Shown piece by piece: positions 50,793 to 64,000 of a stretch of 64,000 nucleotides of DNA. Below the pieces are notes generated by a model. It saw nothing but the letters and a program-made list of their open reading frames with translations. It ran no database searches and was not told where the DNA came from. Position 1 is the first letter of the stretch; each line of letters begins with the position of its first letter. A program made the position numbers and the translations under genes. This DNA is from the human T2T-CHM13v2.0 reference genome, Homo sapiens, in assembly GCF_009914755.1 (NCBI RefSeq), contig NC_060928.1. One strand, 5' to 3'.

Positions 50793-51459
50793 TCAGCATA
50801 TTTCCCCAGCCATGCTTGTTATCGTCCTAGTAATTATTCAAGGGGTTCAAGAATTGAACATGAGAAGTTAAGCCTTGGTCCTGGCCCACAAAGTGGGGAG
50901 AATGATACCCAGGTGACAGAGCTGTTTTAATTAAAGGATAGAGGGAGTAGGAGAAGGTGAGAGGCCATTTCTATCACTTCAGCCTCACTGGTGGGCTCCT
51001 TATCCTCTAGCTTCCAATCCTAATCTCTAATGGGTAAGGTCTAAAGCTCAGCTCTTCTCTCCTATTCTGGCAGGGATTAAATTCAGTATTAATCAGCTAC
51101 TAACTAATTGCTAAGCTTCTATGGGTAGCTCAGGTGGATGCTGCACTCTTTCTAGTAATTTACCCAGGAGTCCAGTTGAACCGTACTTGTCTTTTAACAA
51201 TTTTGCTTTGTCAACCACCTTGCTTTACCACCTCAGGGTTGATATAACAGGTGGGTGTGGGGTAAGGTTGGAAAAAAAAGTAACCTTTTTTCTGATTATA
51301 AAAGAAATCATTACATTATAGAAATTTGAGAAAAATAAAATGAAGAAAACAAAAAATCACCTATAATATCACAACCTCCTGATGTAATTTTTTCCAGTTT
51401 TTGCTATGGTTTTATAAAATAAACTAGACATTATAATAAGTATTAACCTTTATACTGTT

Positions 51460-51707
51460 TTTCTTTTTCTTTCTTTTTTTTGAGAGACAAAGTCTCGCTC
51501 TTCCACCAATGCTGGAGTGCAGTGGCACGATCAGAGCTCACTTTAGCCTCTTTGAACTCCTGGCCTCAGCCTCCTGTGTAGCTGGGACTGTAGGTACAAG
51601 CCACCATGCCTAGCTAATTTTTTTAAATATTTTTTGTAGAGACAGAGTCTCAAACTCTGTCTGCTGGTCTCAAACTCCTGGCTCCAAGTGATCCTCCACC
51701 TCAGCCT
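51460..51707 (-). mobile_element. Degraded AluJ
   Basis: Partial dimer. Confidence 0.85.
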
Positions 51708-52899
51708 TGTTTTTTTCTTAACATTATAATATAAACATTCTTCCATTTAAAAATTCTTTTAAAACATTAATAAAAATATAGATGTGTCTAATTTCATAAG
51801 GTACAAATTTTTTACATGGAGGTTGTTTTCAGTTTTTTATTATTATAAATATTTCCAAAATAAACATTTATGTACATAAATCATTTTTCCACATTGATAA
51901 TTACTTTCTTAGGTTAAATTGCCAGATCTAGAATTATCTGGCCTAAATCTGTGAATACAGTTAAGCTACTGGAGAATATTGCCTTATTGTTTTTCGAAAA
52001 GCTTGCTGTAATTTGCACTTTCATGGGCTGTGTATGAGAGTGAGTGCCTTTTTCACGCCCCAAACATTGCACCTTAAAAAACAGAGTAAGAAGTAATATG
52101 ATGAAAAGGGGAGGTAAATAAAAAAGGGAGATCAGGCCGTCACTTGAGAGAGAACGTTAGCTTCTGAGTTCTCTCCTTCTACATGAGAATGTGATGGGGC
52201 TATTTAGCCATTCTGATCTTCTTGGGGGCCTTTAGCCTTGTCTAGGGAAAACATGTCTTGTACACGTCTAGGGAAACAAAAGATCTGAAATCATAAGATG
52301 CCTCAGTGCTGCTGGAATTCAAACTTACCATTTGACAGGAAAGAGAAGGAAATTAGATTGCAGAGGATGGATACTTTGGAACATCCTTCCTCCCTCCTTT
52401 TTTCTCACCCTTCACATCTGATCAATCTACAAATCCTGCTACTCCGCTTCCTCTCTGTCACCACCTCTCCACGCCTATTAGGTTCTCTAGTTCAGGCTGT
52501 CATCATCCTTCAACCTGAATAAACACAATAGCCTCCTAACAGATCTCCCTCAAGTCCATCCTTCTCCCAGAGTAATCTGTCTAAAGCACAAATGTAGCCA
52601 TCACCAGCCCCACAAGCTCCCTTTAAATACCCTCAAGGATGCTTCTGCCTACAGAATGGAGGTGAAGCTATTTTTCCTGAAAGCAAGGGTGTCCTGACTT
52701 ATTCCCCACCTGTTATTACTGCTTCATCTTTTCCTTTCTCCTTCCTTGTACATTATGCTTAATTAATAGCAACTACTGGTAGTTACTGCCCAAACACCAT
52801 TCTATTTCTTGCCTCTAAATTGTTCGTTCCCACTACCTAGCATAACTTTCCTCCCTCTCTGATAATGACTAGGGCAGTATTCTATTCAAAATATTCTTT

Positions 52900-53265
52900 T
52901 TCAAAAATATTAATTGCCCATCCCTGGGGTAATATCTTACTTCCCTGCTCAACAGAAATCAGGTTTGGACACATAATTTGTTTGGACCAATAGTATGTGG
53001 GCAGAAGTTATGTTTATCACTTCCAAGCAGAAGCTTCACGAGCCAGAATGTGACTTGCTATGGGTTTTTGTTTGTTTTTCTTTTTCCCTGCTATGAGATC
53101 AATAATGTTCTAGAAGCTGCTTTGTCAGCTTGGGTCCTAACATGAAAATATTGGCAATCTGGAATATATATGAATGAGACATAAACCTTGATTGCTGTAA
53201 GCCCCTGAGATGTTGCAGTCATTTGTTACTGCAGCATAATGTATCCTATCCTGACTGATAATACT
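52900..53265. mobile_element. Old MLT1-type LTR
   Basis: GCAGAAGTTATGTTTATCACTTCCAAGCAGAAGC...TTTGTTACTGCAGCATAA. Confidence 0.6.
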
Positions 53266-53368
53266 GGCCATCTCCTAATCATTCTTTCAGACTAGTATTA
53301 CTTCTATGACGTTCTGTACATGTATGGCTGCCTAATACTTAATGATACAAATAAATGTTTTCTTTGGA

Positions 53369-53794
53369 TGATATGGTTTGGATCTGTGTCCCCACCCAAG
53401 TCTCATGTTCAATTGTAATCCCTAGTGTTGGAGGTGGAGCCCGGGGGGAGATGACTGGATCATGGGGCAGAGTTCTTATGAATGGTTTCATAACATCCTT
53501 CTTGGTACTGTACAGTGAGTGCGTTCTCATGAGATCAGTTTGTTTAGAAGTGTGTAACACCTCCTGTCTCTCTCTCTCTCTTTCCCTCTCTCTCGGTCCT
53601 GCTCCTGCCATGTAAGACTCATGCTCCCACTTTGCCTTCTGCCATGCTTCTAAGCTCCTTGAGGCCTCCCCAGAAGCAGAAGCCACTATGTTTCTTGTAT
53701 AGCCTGCGGAACCATGGCCAATTAAAGCTCTTTTCTTTATAAATTACCCAGTGTCAGGTATTTCTTTATAGCAGTTCCAGAACTGACTAATACA
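53369..53794 (+). mobile_element. MSTA/MSTB MaLR LTR
   Basis: TGATATGGTTTGGATCTGTGTCCCCACCC...ACTAATACA. Confidence 0.88.
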
Positions 53795-54160
53795 TTAGGG
53801 AAGGCCCCATTGCATGATGTTTGGCAAAAAACAGATTCTGCCTCCCACTAAGGAAGCCAGAAAGAGCAGATACTTGCTCTCCTAGACTCCTCACAGCTAG
53901 GGAAATACCATGTGACCTAAGGTCAGCCATTTGGAAGTTCCCTGCTCAGGACTTAAGAGTTTTGATACAAAGAAGCAAGAACAGGATAGTATAGCATTAA
54001 TTCTGTTGCTGGAGGCAATATCCAGCGTCCAGTGGAGTGACAGTAGTGAGAACAGAGTCAAGGGGTGAGAGCAAGTGTCCAAGATAAGCAGACTGTTCTG
54101 GTGGTATCTCTGGCTGAGTTCCAGACTGCCTAGTCCCTTCAGTTCCTGCTCATTTCCTGA

Positions 54161-54502
<342 letters not shown>

Positions 54503-55812
54503 TATCATGGGTCTTTGCTGAGAAACCTTACTTGAGGTCTATAGCTATATCAGTATATTGTATTTACATCTCTATATGAAACAGAGCATTTCAGCTCATT
54601 AATACTCCATAATTGTGAATGAAAATTAAATAGCAAGTTTCAAGCTGGTAGGGAACCTATGGCAATGCTTGAAGAGGAGGGGATCAAGTAAAACGTGGAC
54701 TTGTGAGGGAAATCCACTTTAAGATAATTCAGGTTGAATTCAGAGATTTTAATATTTGTAGTAATCTATCACATCCACACTCTTCAGGGAAGGTCTGAGA
54801 GTTGAATATTGCTTAGAAGGAAGGGAAAGTTGAGAGTAGAGAAATGCTGTTCCACCTCTGTTGCATGCACTTAAAAGAGAGAATTTATAAATGGCAGATT
54901 TTGATTACTTTGCTATTCTATTTTAGCTTCTATTTTTTGTCACTTTTATTACACTTTCTTCTCTTTTATTGTAGTATCTGATTATTTTATACATGATAAC
55001 TATGGACAGCAGAATTTTTTACAAACTTATTTCCTGAAACTAAAATGGTAACCATTTTAGAGAATGCTTGGGGATATCTAGTTAATTTGAAGATGCACAT
55101 GTAACCCAGAAATTGTACCTGTAAGTATATATCCTAGAGAAACTCTTGCATATATGCACAAGGAGACATATACAAGTATGTACTTACAACATTGTTGGTT
55201 GTGTCTTCTATTAATAGAAGAATGAACAAATTAATTGTGGTCTATTTATTGAAGAGTATACCATACAGTAGTGAAAAAGAATGAGCTAGGCCTACATGTA
55301 TTAACATGGGTGAATCTTGAAAACATAATGCTGAGGGAAAAAGAAGATTGGATAAGAATACCAATAATAGTATAACAGCATTTGAAACAGTGTGGCATAG
55401 TCATGCAGATGTGCTGGTGTCAGACTTCCCTGGTTCAAACGTGCCCCCACTATTTACTATCAGTAAGACCCAGGCAAGTCTCTAACCTCGACTGGCCTCC
55501 AATTTTTTATCTGTAAAGTGGGGATAATATTTTCCACATCTTATAGTTACTGTGAAAATTACAATAAGTTAGTACTAAAGTACTAACAGGAGTACATAGC
55601 ACCATCATTTTTATGTATATTGTATAAGAATGTGCACATGTTGGTAAAAGTACATACAAATAAATGATTGAGAATGATAAACACAAATTCAGGATAGTGG
55701 TTATCTCCTGGAAAAGGAATATTTCTTGATCTGTGGTGGCTACATGATGGGTTTGTTGTTATTCTTCTTATGCCTTTGTGTACGACTGAACTATTTTATG
55801 ATAAAATTTATG

Positions 55813-56063
55813 GGCCGGGTGCAGTGGCTCACGCCTGTAATCCCAGCACTTTGGGAAGCCAAGGTAGGAAGATCACAAGGTCAGGAGTTTGAGACCAGCC
55901 TGGCCAACATAGTGAAACCCCCGTCTCTACTAAAAATACAAAAATTAGTTGGGCGTGGTGGCACACACCTGTAATTCCAGGGAGGCTGAGGTTTCAGTAA
56001 GCTGAGATCGTGCCACTGCACTCTAGCCTGGGCCACAAGAGCAAAACATTGCAAAAAAAAAAA
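55813..56063 (+). mobile_element. AluS with a ~40-nt deletion in the right arm
   Basis: CCTGTAATTCCAG|GGAGGCTGAGGTTTCAG junction. Confidence 0.9.
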
Positions 56064-56133
56064 GTGTATATATATATTTTTTTTAAATATCTGTATATTT
56101 ATATATATTTTTTATATATAGATATAGATGTAG

Positions 56134-56432
56134 ATTTTTTTTTTGAGACAGAGCCTCACTCTGTCACCCAGGCTGGAGTGCAGTGGCAGTATCTCCACTC
56201 ACTGCAACCTCCACCTCCTGGGTTCCTGGGTTCAAGTGATTCTCCTGCCTCAGCCTCCCGAGTAGCTGAGATTACAGGCATGCACCACTACACCCCGCTA
56301 ATTTTTTGTATTTTTAGTAGAGATAGGGTTTCACCATGTTGGCCAGGCTGGTAACTCCTGACTTCAAGTGATCTACCTGCCTCGGCCTCCCATCGTGCTG
56401 GGATTACAGGCGTGAGCCACTGCACACCTGGT
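56134..56432 (-). mobile_element. AluS
   Basis: Full dimer with an 8-bp internal duplication TCCTGGGT. Confidence 0.92.
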
Positions 56433-56609
56433 CTATTTTATGATAAAATTTAAATCGAATGAAATTTATTCTTAAAACTATAAATACAGTGTAACCAAAT
56501 TTCTGAGAAATTGGAAACTAGAGGAAAAACTCCAAATTATACCATCTTATCCCACAATTTTAAAAATTAAGTAATTCTTCCAACAACTGAGTGACATTGG
56601 TGAATGAAA

Positions 56610-57428
<819 letters not shown>

Positions 57429-58100
57429 ACCGTCTTAAAAATAGAATAAACATTTATGCTTGGGTGGGAAGGGAACATTATTTCCATTTATAGGCATGAA
57501 CACGGAAGGATATGATCCTGAGAAAGAACCCAGAATCCTACTCCCTATGTCAGCAGAAACTCCTTTCTGTCAGGGTATCTGTGAGAAGGCCACCTTGGAG
57601 TAAGACATTTACCAATGTGGAATTGCCACAGTTAAAAAAAAAAAAAAAGTAGTGGTGGTACTGTTGGCTGAGGGAAAGCCTGAGATGGTGCTCCTAGTTC
57701 TTCATGACCTGTGCATGGTTTACAGGAGATTCAGAAGTTCCTGTATGCCCTGATTTGGGGAGGGTGAGCACCAAGCCTGAGAGAGTGAACTGAAAGAAGC
57801 CTGGAGATTGAGATTCTGGAACCACGTATCATATATATGTCGATGACCCCCAAATTTATATCTCCAACTTAAATCTTGTACCTAACTCTAGGCTTCCATC
57901 TCCAATGGCCAACTGGGTGTCTACTCTTGCACAGAAAGATCAAAGTAAACAAAGCTCCAAATGGTATTCTTCATTTCTTCAGCCCTAAATCTCTTCCACC
58001 CCACCACTCTCCCTGATGGCCACCCTCTCTCCTCTCCACCCCTCACCCATATCCACTGTCCCAGTCTCCTCAGCATGGAATCTACTTTCTCTATCACCAC

Positions 58101-58894
58101 TGATATGGACAGGAGACAGGGAAATACTGGGCAGAGGAGGGCATTCATTTCCCTGGCAAAGGCCCCACCCTCAAACCTGGAGACCTGCAGTCCTAAGAGG
58201 GAACAGGCATTTTTGCTTTCATGCCTAGAAAGTTAGCTTTTGGCCTGCCACACCCCCCTATCCTGTACCCATGTAAACCCCAAACCCCAGACTCCAGAAG
58301 CAGATGAGGAGATGGGGAGATGAGGAGACAAGCAGACGAATGCCATGGCAGAGAAAGAGACAAGAGAAGGAACATCTGAATGCCAACAGGAGCTCATCTG
58401 GGGGTGGTCAGAGAGGAGTTCGGCCGCTGGATGGCCAAAACTCTAAGGGAAGGTCATCTTCCCACTCCATTTCCCTTCCAGTTACCCATCCATGCCACTG
58501 AGAGCCACCTCCACCACTCAATAAAACCCTGCATTCATCCTTCAAGCCCATATGTGACCCAATTCTTCTGGGATGTTGGGCAAGAGCTTAGGATACAGAA
58601 AGCTGTCACACTGGTCTCCTCCTTGAGAAAAGGCAGAGGGTACACTGAGCTCGTTAACACTTAAGCTGTCTGCAGATGGCAAGGCTAAGAAAGCGTTATA
58701 ACACTGAGGCCGCAGGCACCCACCCCTAGACACTACCATGGAGCTGGAGCCCAAAGCACTTTCCCCATTCCTGCACCTGCCCATAAGCATGCTCCGCCTC
58801 TTGTCAGGGGTTTGAGCAGTGGTGGAGACCAAATGGGCGAGCCACACCCCTGTCGCACATTCTGCAAGGGGAATCAGGGAATTCTCCCGTTTCA
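58101..58894 (+). mobile_element. LTR1-family solo LTR (ERV1) inside an L2
   Basis: TGATATGGACAGGAGACAGGGAAATACTGGG start, CCCGTTTCA end and an internal AATAAA. Confidence 0.85.
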
Positions 58895-59580
58895 CCTTTG
58901 CCACCACCTATTCTTGGCCACCATCATCTCTCCCCTGGACGAAGCAACAACCTTTTAACTGGCCTGCTTCCACTTTTGCTTTCCTCCAATCTATCCTCCA
59001 CACAAAAGCAAAGCTCATTGCAAACTGGGTCTTGTCACTCAAGTGCTTAAAACTCTTCAACAGCTTCTCATTGTACACACAATAAATCCAAACTCTTCAC
59101 CTTGGTCTGTAAGGCCCTGAATAATCTGGTCCCCACCTAATTCCCAATTCCCTACAGCACCAAATGGCATTCTTCCCCTTACTTACTACATTTACTTATG
59201 CTTGTTCTTTTCTCAATCTTCACAATTCCCTAAGCTAACATCTCAAGAGTTTGGCATGCACTGTTTCTTCAATTGGTACCAATCCTTCACCTTCTCATCT
59301 TGCAGACTTCAGTTTAAATGCCACTCCCTCAAAGTCACCTTCCCCACTCATTCTATCTAAGGAAGCTTTCCTCTTTACTCTCCGCCTTCATTCTTCATTT
59401 GTTTTCTTCATAGCACTTCTCATTCTTAGCAGCTATTATGTATTGGTTTACATATTGTTTATACCACTTCCCTTACAAAAATTGAAATTCTATGAACCAT
59501 GTGCTGTTCACTATTGTAGCTTCAGCATCCAGCATAATACCTGGAATGCTGCAGCTGCTTAACAAATGTTTGATGAATGA
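58895..59580. mobile_element. L2 remnant (continues from ~57830-58100)
   Basis: Pyrimidine-rich L2-like text ending TTAACAAATGTTTGATGAATGAA. Confidence 0.65.
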
Positions 59581-59712
59581 AAGCACTTAGAAAACCACAC
59601 AGATATTTCCCCCTATTGTCCAATTTTCAGAAAGAAACAGATTTTGTTGGCCATATCAGGGCAGTTTTGATTATAAGTAACAGAACACCACCTAAGCCTA
59701 AATAAAAGAGAG

Positions 59713-60008
<296 letters not shown>

Positions 60009-60129
60009 CAAGAGAGATTTTAATATGCAGACACATGGTTCTCCCAGGAAGCTGAAGGGCAAAAGCATAGGTATGTCTTGGAAAGAACTCAAAGCAGGAA
60101 TTAGTGCAAGGTAGAGAACTCAAGGATTT

Positions 60130-60600
60130 TGCCCTACTTGCAAGCTATCAAGTTAGCCTGCCTCAAGTTTCATGGCAGAAGACACAAGATTCCTGCATTA
60201 GAGACAAAGGACAATGTATCACTCATAGCAATAGTACCCAGAGTATCAGCATTTGCTCTGGTTCCCACAAGGAGACATGAATAAAGCCAGGTGGGGCTTA
60301 TACACCCAGTGGGTTGTGTTACCAGTGAGAAACTCCGAGCTTAGGGAACCCAAATCTTTATAATTGTCAGTAAGTACCTGACCTTTGCTCAGAAGGGAAA
60401 CATTACCTTTATCTTTATATTGGATAGTAAATAAATCTGCTGTTTGCTGCACAGGGAGAAATTATCTCTGTTCCAAAACTGTTTGCTGTGTAAACATCCC
60501 TGAAATGATATTGCAGAACAAGAGTAGCCAGTGTCACATCACAAGATGTGCAGAAATGCAAGAGATCCATGGAGAAATGTCTTCCTGTTAACAAGCAGGT
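60130..60600. mobile_element. Old ERVL-type LTR (MER77/LTR47-like)
   Basis: ACTTGCAAGCTATCAAGTTAGCCTGCC...GAGACAAAGGAC motif; subfamily uncertain. Confidence 0.5.
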
Positions 60601-60869
60601 GTGGAAGAAGAGCTAAGCAGAAAAAACTATAGATATCCACCATAGATAACATCTCTGGAGCTGTGGTACCTTCTACATAGACTAAGGCAATAAGTTTAGC
60701 ACTTGTTACAAATGAATTCAGGGAATATTTATTAATTTGTATTTTAGAAAACATTTACCATTAGATTGTTTTTCTTAAGAAAAATATTGATATCTCTAAA
60801 AGGTAATTTTGAAAACAATATTAATGTGTCACAATAATCTATATGAAGGAGAACAATTTAATTCCTGGC

Positions 60870-61442
60870 AATGATGAATTTGAAATAATTTTTTCATGGA
60901 CTCTCATTTTTTATTTTCTGTTTCTGTTTCTTAAAGAAATATTGTAGCAAAGGGGAAAGTAGGGTATTGTTTGATGTTTTTCCTGCTTGAGGGAATCTGA
61001 AGTATTCTGATTCTGTATGAATAAAAAAAATTGGAACACTTACAGATACTTTTTAAAAATTCTAAGGCAGAACTAAGGGGATTGAATACCCTGGGAACTC
61101 TTGATAACCATTTCAGATATTTTTATTATATTTATACATGCTTTTGAAATTCTGGTTAGCCACAATTCTGTGGATGATGAAGTCATAGAGTCTTAGGAGA
61201 TGAATCACTAATCTAGGCTTACTGCTACCAGTTTAAACTTACTCTATAATTTCTCTCTGATTGTTGTAGAATGGTAGCTTGTAAGTAAACCAGTGATTTA
61301 TTTGTTTATTGTATTCAAATGATGAATTTGAAATAATTTCATTAATGGCCTCTCATTTTTAATTTTCTGTTTCTGTTCCTTAAAGAGAAACTGTAGTAAA
61401 GGGGCAAGTAGGGTATTGTTTGATGTTTTTCCTGCTTAAGGG
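60870..61442. repeat. Spaced direct duplication of ~124 bp (60870-60993 and 61318-61442), about 90% identical
   Basis: Manual alignment shows about 13 differences. Confidence 0.93.
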
Positions 61443-61795
61443 CAAACAACTTGCTCATATGTAATTTGTCTTAAGTTGTTGAAGCCATAAACTATTGGGC
61501 TTGAATTAGTTTAACTCACTTTATAGAAAATTTAGCATACCAATTAAGCACTTAAATAGTAAATTAAGAAAATGGTCCTCAAATCAATTACAATACCAGG
61601 ATTTTAGATCTCAGTGAAGGATGAGTACTTAGAAGCTTCCTTCCCTCTAAATCAGTGTTAATACTTTTTTTGTCTGTCTCTGAAATTTAAGAAAGATAAT
61701 CCCTGTTTTTTCCTTGTTTCTCCCATTTCTAACCCAAGAGAAAATGAAATGATTTCAGTCATATTTAGCAGTAGAGTTAATCTACTAGCAAATCT

Positions 61796-61873
61796 CGATC
61801 TCCTGACCTCGTGATCTGCCCGCCTCGGCCACCCAAAGTGCTGGGATTACAGGCATGAGCCACCGTGCCCAGC
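61796..61873 (-). mobile_element. Tail-less Alu 5' fragment (78 bp) with a perfect TSD
   Basis: Alu nt ~2-80 only; TSD AATCTACTAGCAAATCT at 61779-61795 and 61874-61890. Confidence 0.93.
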
Positions 61874-63306
61874 AATCTACTAGCAAATCTAAGTGGAACA
61901 AATTACACACTGTTTTTCATGTGAGAAAATATGTTCTTAAGCTAGAGGAATATTTTAATAACAAATATCCATTAGAATCTACATGCAAGACACTAGCTTA
62001 TCTAATGAGAAAAGTCAGAGAAGTAAAACAGCAAAACAACTTCACATTCTTTAATGTTCATTCAGAATATTAAATGCCATTAATTGACCATCATTATTAT
62101 AAAATTTACTATTTAGATAAGTGAGTTTTAGTACAGTGCTATTTAAAGTATGGAACTGTTACTGGTGTGTGATCAGTACAGAAATTGAGACTAAGCATTT
62201 AGAAACCTAGAGCAATTTGACGTAGCAATCTTCTGTCTGTTGAATCTAATAACAAAAAAAATTTTTTCAATTTTGCATATCTTTTTAAAATTTAATTTGT
62301 CAAGGAATTCATTTTTAGCATATTTTACAAAAACATCATTCTCCTATGGAGACTATTTGGAAATACAAATAAGAAAACTGGTTCTTACCACAGATAGTTT
62401 TAGAAACCTGTTTTAGTGTAAAGCCATCATTTAGTATAAAGTCATCTATTATTACTGTTACTCTGAAGTGGTTACTGAGCATTACAACAGTAGGTAGGAT
62501 TATAAGTTGTTTACTAAATATGCTAGATTTATTAACTCATGTATATATTTATTGAGAAACCAAAATATTTGAAGTACTTGATGAAGTTGATGTGCTAACC
62601 ATTGCCTGTCTGCCCATATTCCCTCTTGGAAATATTACAGGATTCTGCTCACTTCTGACTCCAGCCTCAGCATGCTGTACCATGGTGGGCTAATATTAGT
62701 TAGTCTAATAATATGTGAGTCTAATATTATGTCACCCAAGAATCTGGAATTGGGACACTGAGAGACTGAGTGATTAGGTCATAGTAGTCACATGAACTGA
62801 AATGTCACCAGTTGTTACAACACCAAACCCAACGCCACATGTAGACTGATGTTAGAGAACACAGAACATGAGTAAGCAGGGGTTCTGAGATAGAATAAGG
62901 GGGAAGGGGGCAAATGGCAAACATGCAAGAAACAGAGAGAGAGCCCATCAAAATATAAGTTAGGTCCTGTCACTCCTCGGCTCAAATCCTGCCTTGTCTT
63001 ATGTCATACGGAGTAAAAGTCAGTCTTCACAACTGACTACAGGCTGTAAGGAATCTTTCCTCCATCTCTCTGACTTCATTTTCCACCACGCTCTTTGACA
63101 CTCATTCCAGTTTAGTCATCCAACCTTGTTTTTCCCTGAAGCCAGGCACATTATTGCCTCAGGGCCTTTGTACTTGCTCTTCTGCTTGGTATGCTCATCC
63201 GCAGTTTCCTGCCTGGTTGGCTCCCTCACCCTCCTTCAGAGTTTTGTTCAAACATCATCTTCTAGGCGAGGCCTGCCCTGAGCACCCTATTTAAAATTGC
63301 AATCCC

Positions 63307-63599
63307 GGCCGGGCACAGTGGCTCACGCCTGTAATCCCAGCATTTTGGGAGGCCAAGGTGGGTGGATTACTTGAGGTCCGGAGTTCGAGACCAGCCTGGC
63401 CAATATGGTGAAACCCTGTCTCTACAAAAATAACAAAAATTAGCTGGGCCTGGTGGTGGGCACCTGTAATCTCAGCTGCTTGGGAGGCTGAGGCAGGAGA
63501 ATCACTTGAATCAGGGAGGCGAGGTTGCAGTGAGCCGAGATTGCGCCACAGCACTCCAGCCTGGGTGACACAGAGAGACTCTCTCTCAAAAAAATAAAA
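63307..63599 (+). mobile_element. AluS
   Basis: Full dimer, inside an L2 remnant (~62950-64000). Confidence 0.94.
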
Positions 63600-63614
63600 T
63601 AAAATTGTAATCTT

Positions 63615-63980
<366 letters not shown>

Positions 63981-64000
63981 CTATTTCTATGCCCTTCACT

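Noticed and set aside
60871-61010. C/D box snoRNA (ATGATGA...CTGA)
   Set aside because: No terminal stem, no clear C'/D' boxes or host intron, and the second copy lacks the D box.

Overview
Human genomic DNA: it carries human-specific AluYa5 and AluYb8 copies and a hominid SVA. The first ~1.25 kb is a TATA-less CpG-island promoter with a non-coding first exon and a strong splice donor on the minus strand. From memory the exon matches the 5' UTR of TEC kinase, which would make the rest of the window the intergenic stretch upstream of TEC on chr4p; this needs a BLAT check. No intact host protein-coding exon is supported; the long ORFs are decayed L1, Alu or SVA frames, or GC-rich by-products. 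Much of the window is transposon-derived and heavily nested. An ancient L1MD holds a full-length L1PA7, which holds a HERV-K LTR5 solo LTR. A second stack runs MLT1A > Alu > MER9a > SVA. The most unusual items are an open 72-aa ORF0 homologue pointing toward the gene, a tail-less 78-bp Alu with a perfect 17-bp TSD, a 5'-inverted Alu, a perfect 4x46-bp minisatellite, a ~257-bp non-repeat insert inside L1MD, an inverted Alu pair bracketed by one 20-bp TSD, and a spaced ~124-bp duplication. I do not see evidence for a new multi-gene system. Repeat subfamily calls are by eye from remembered consensus sequences.
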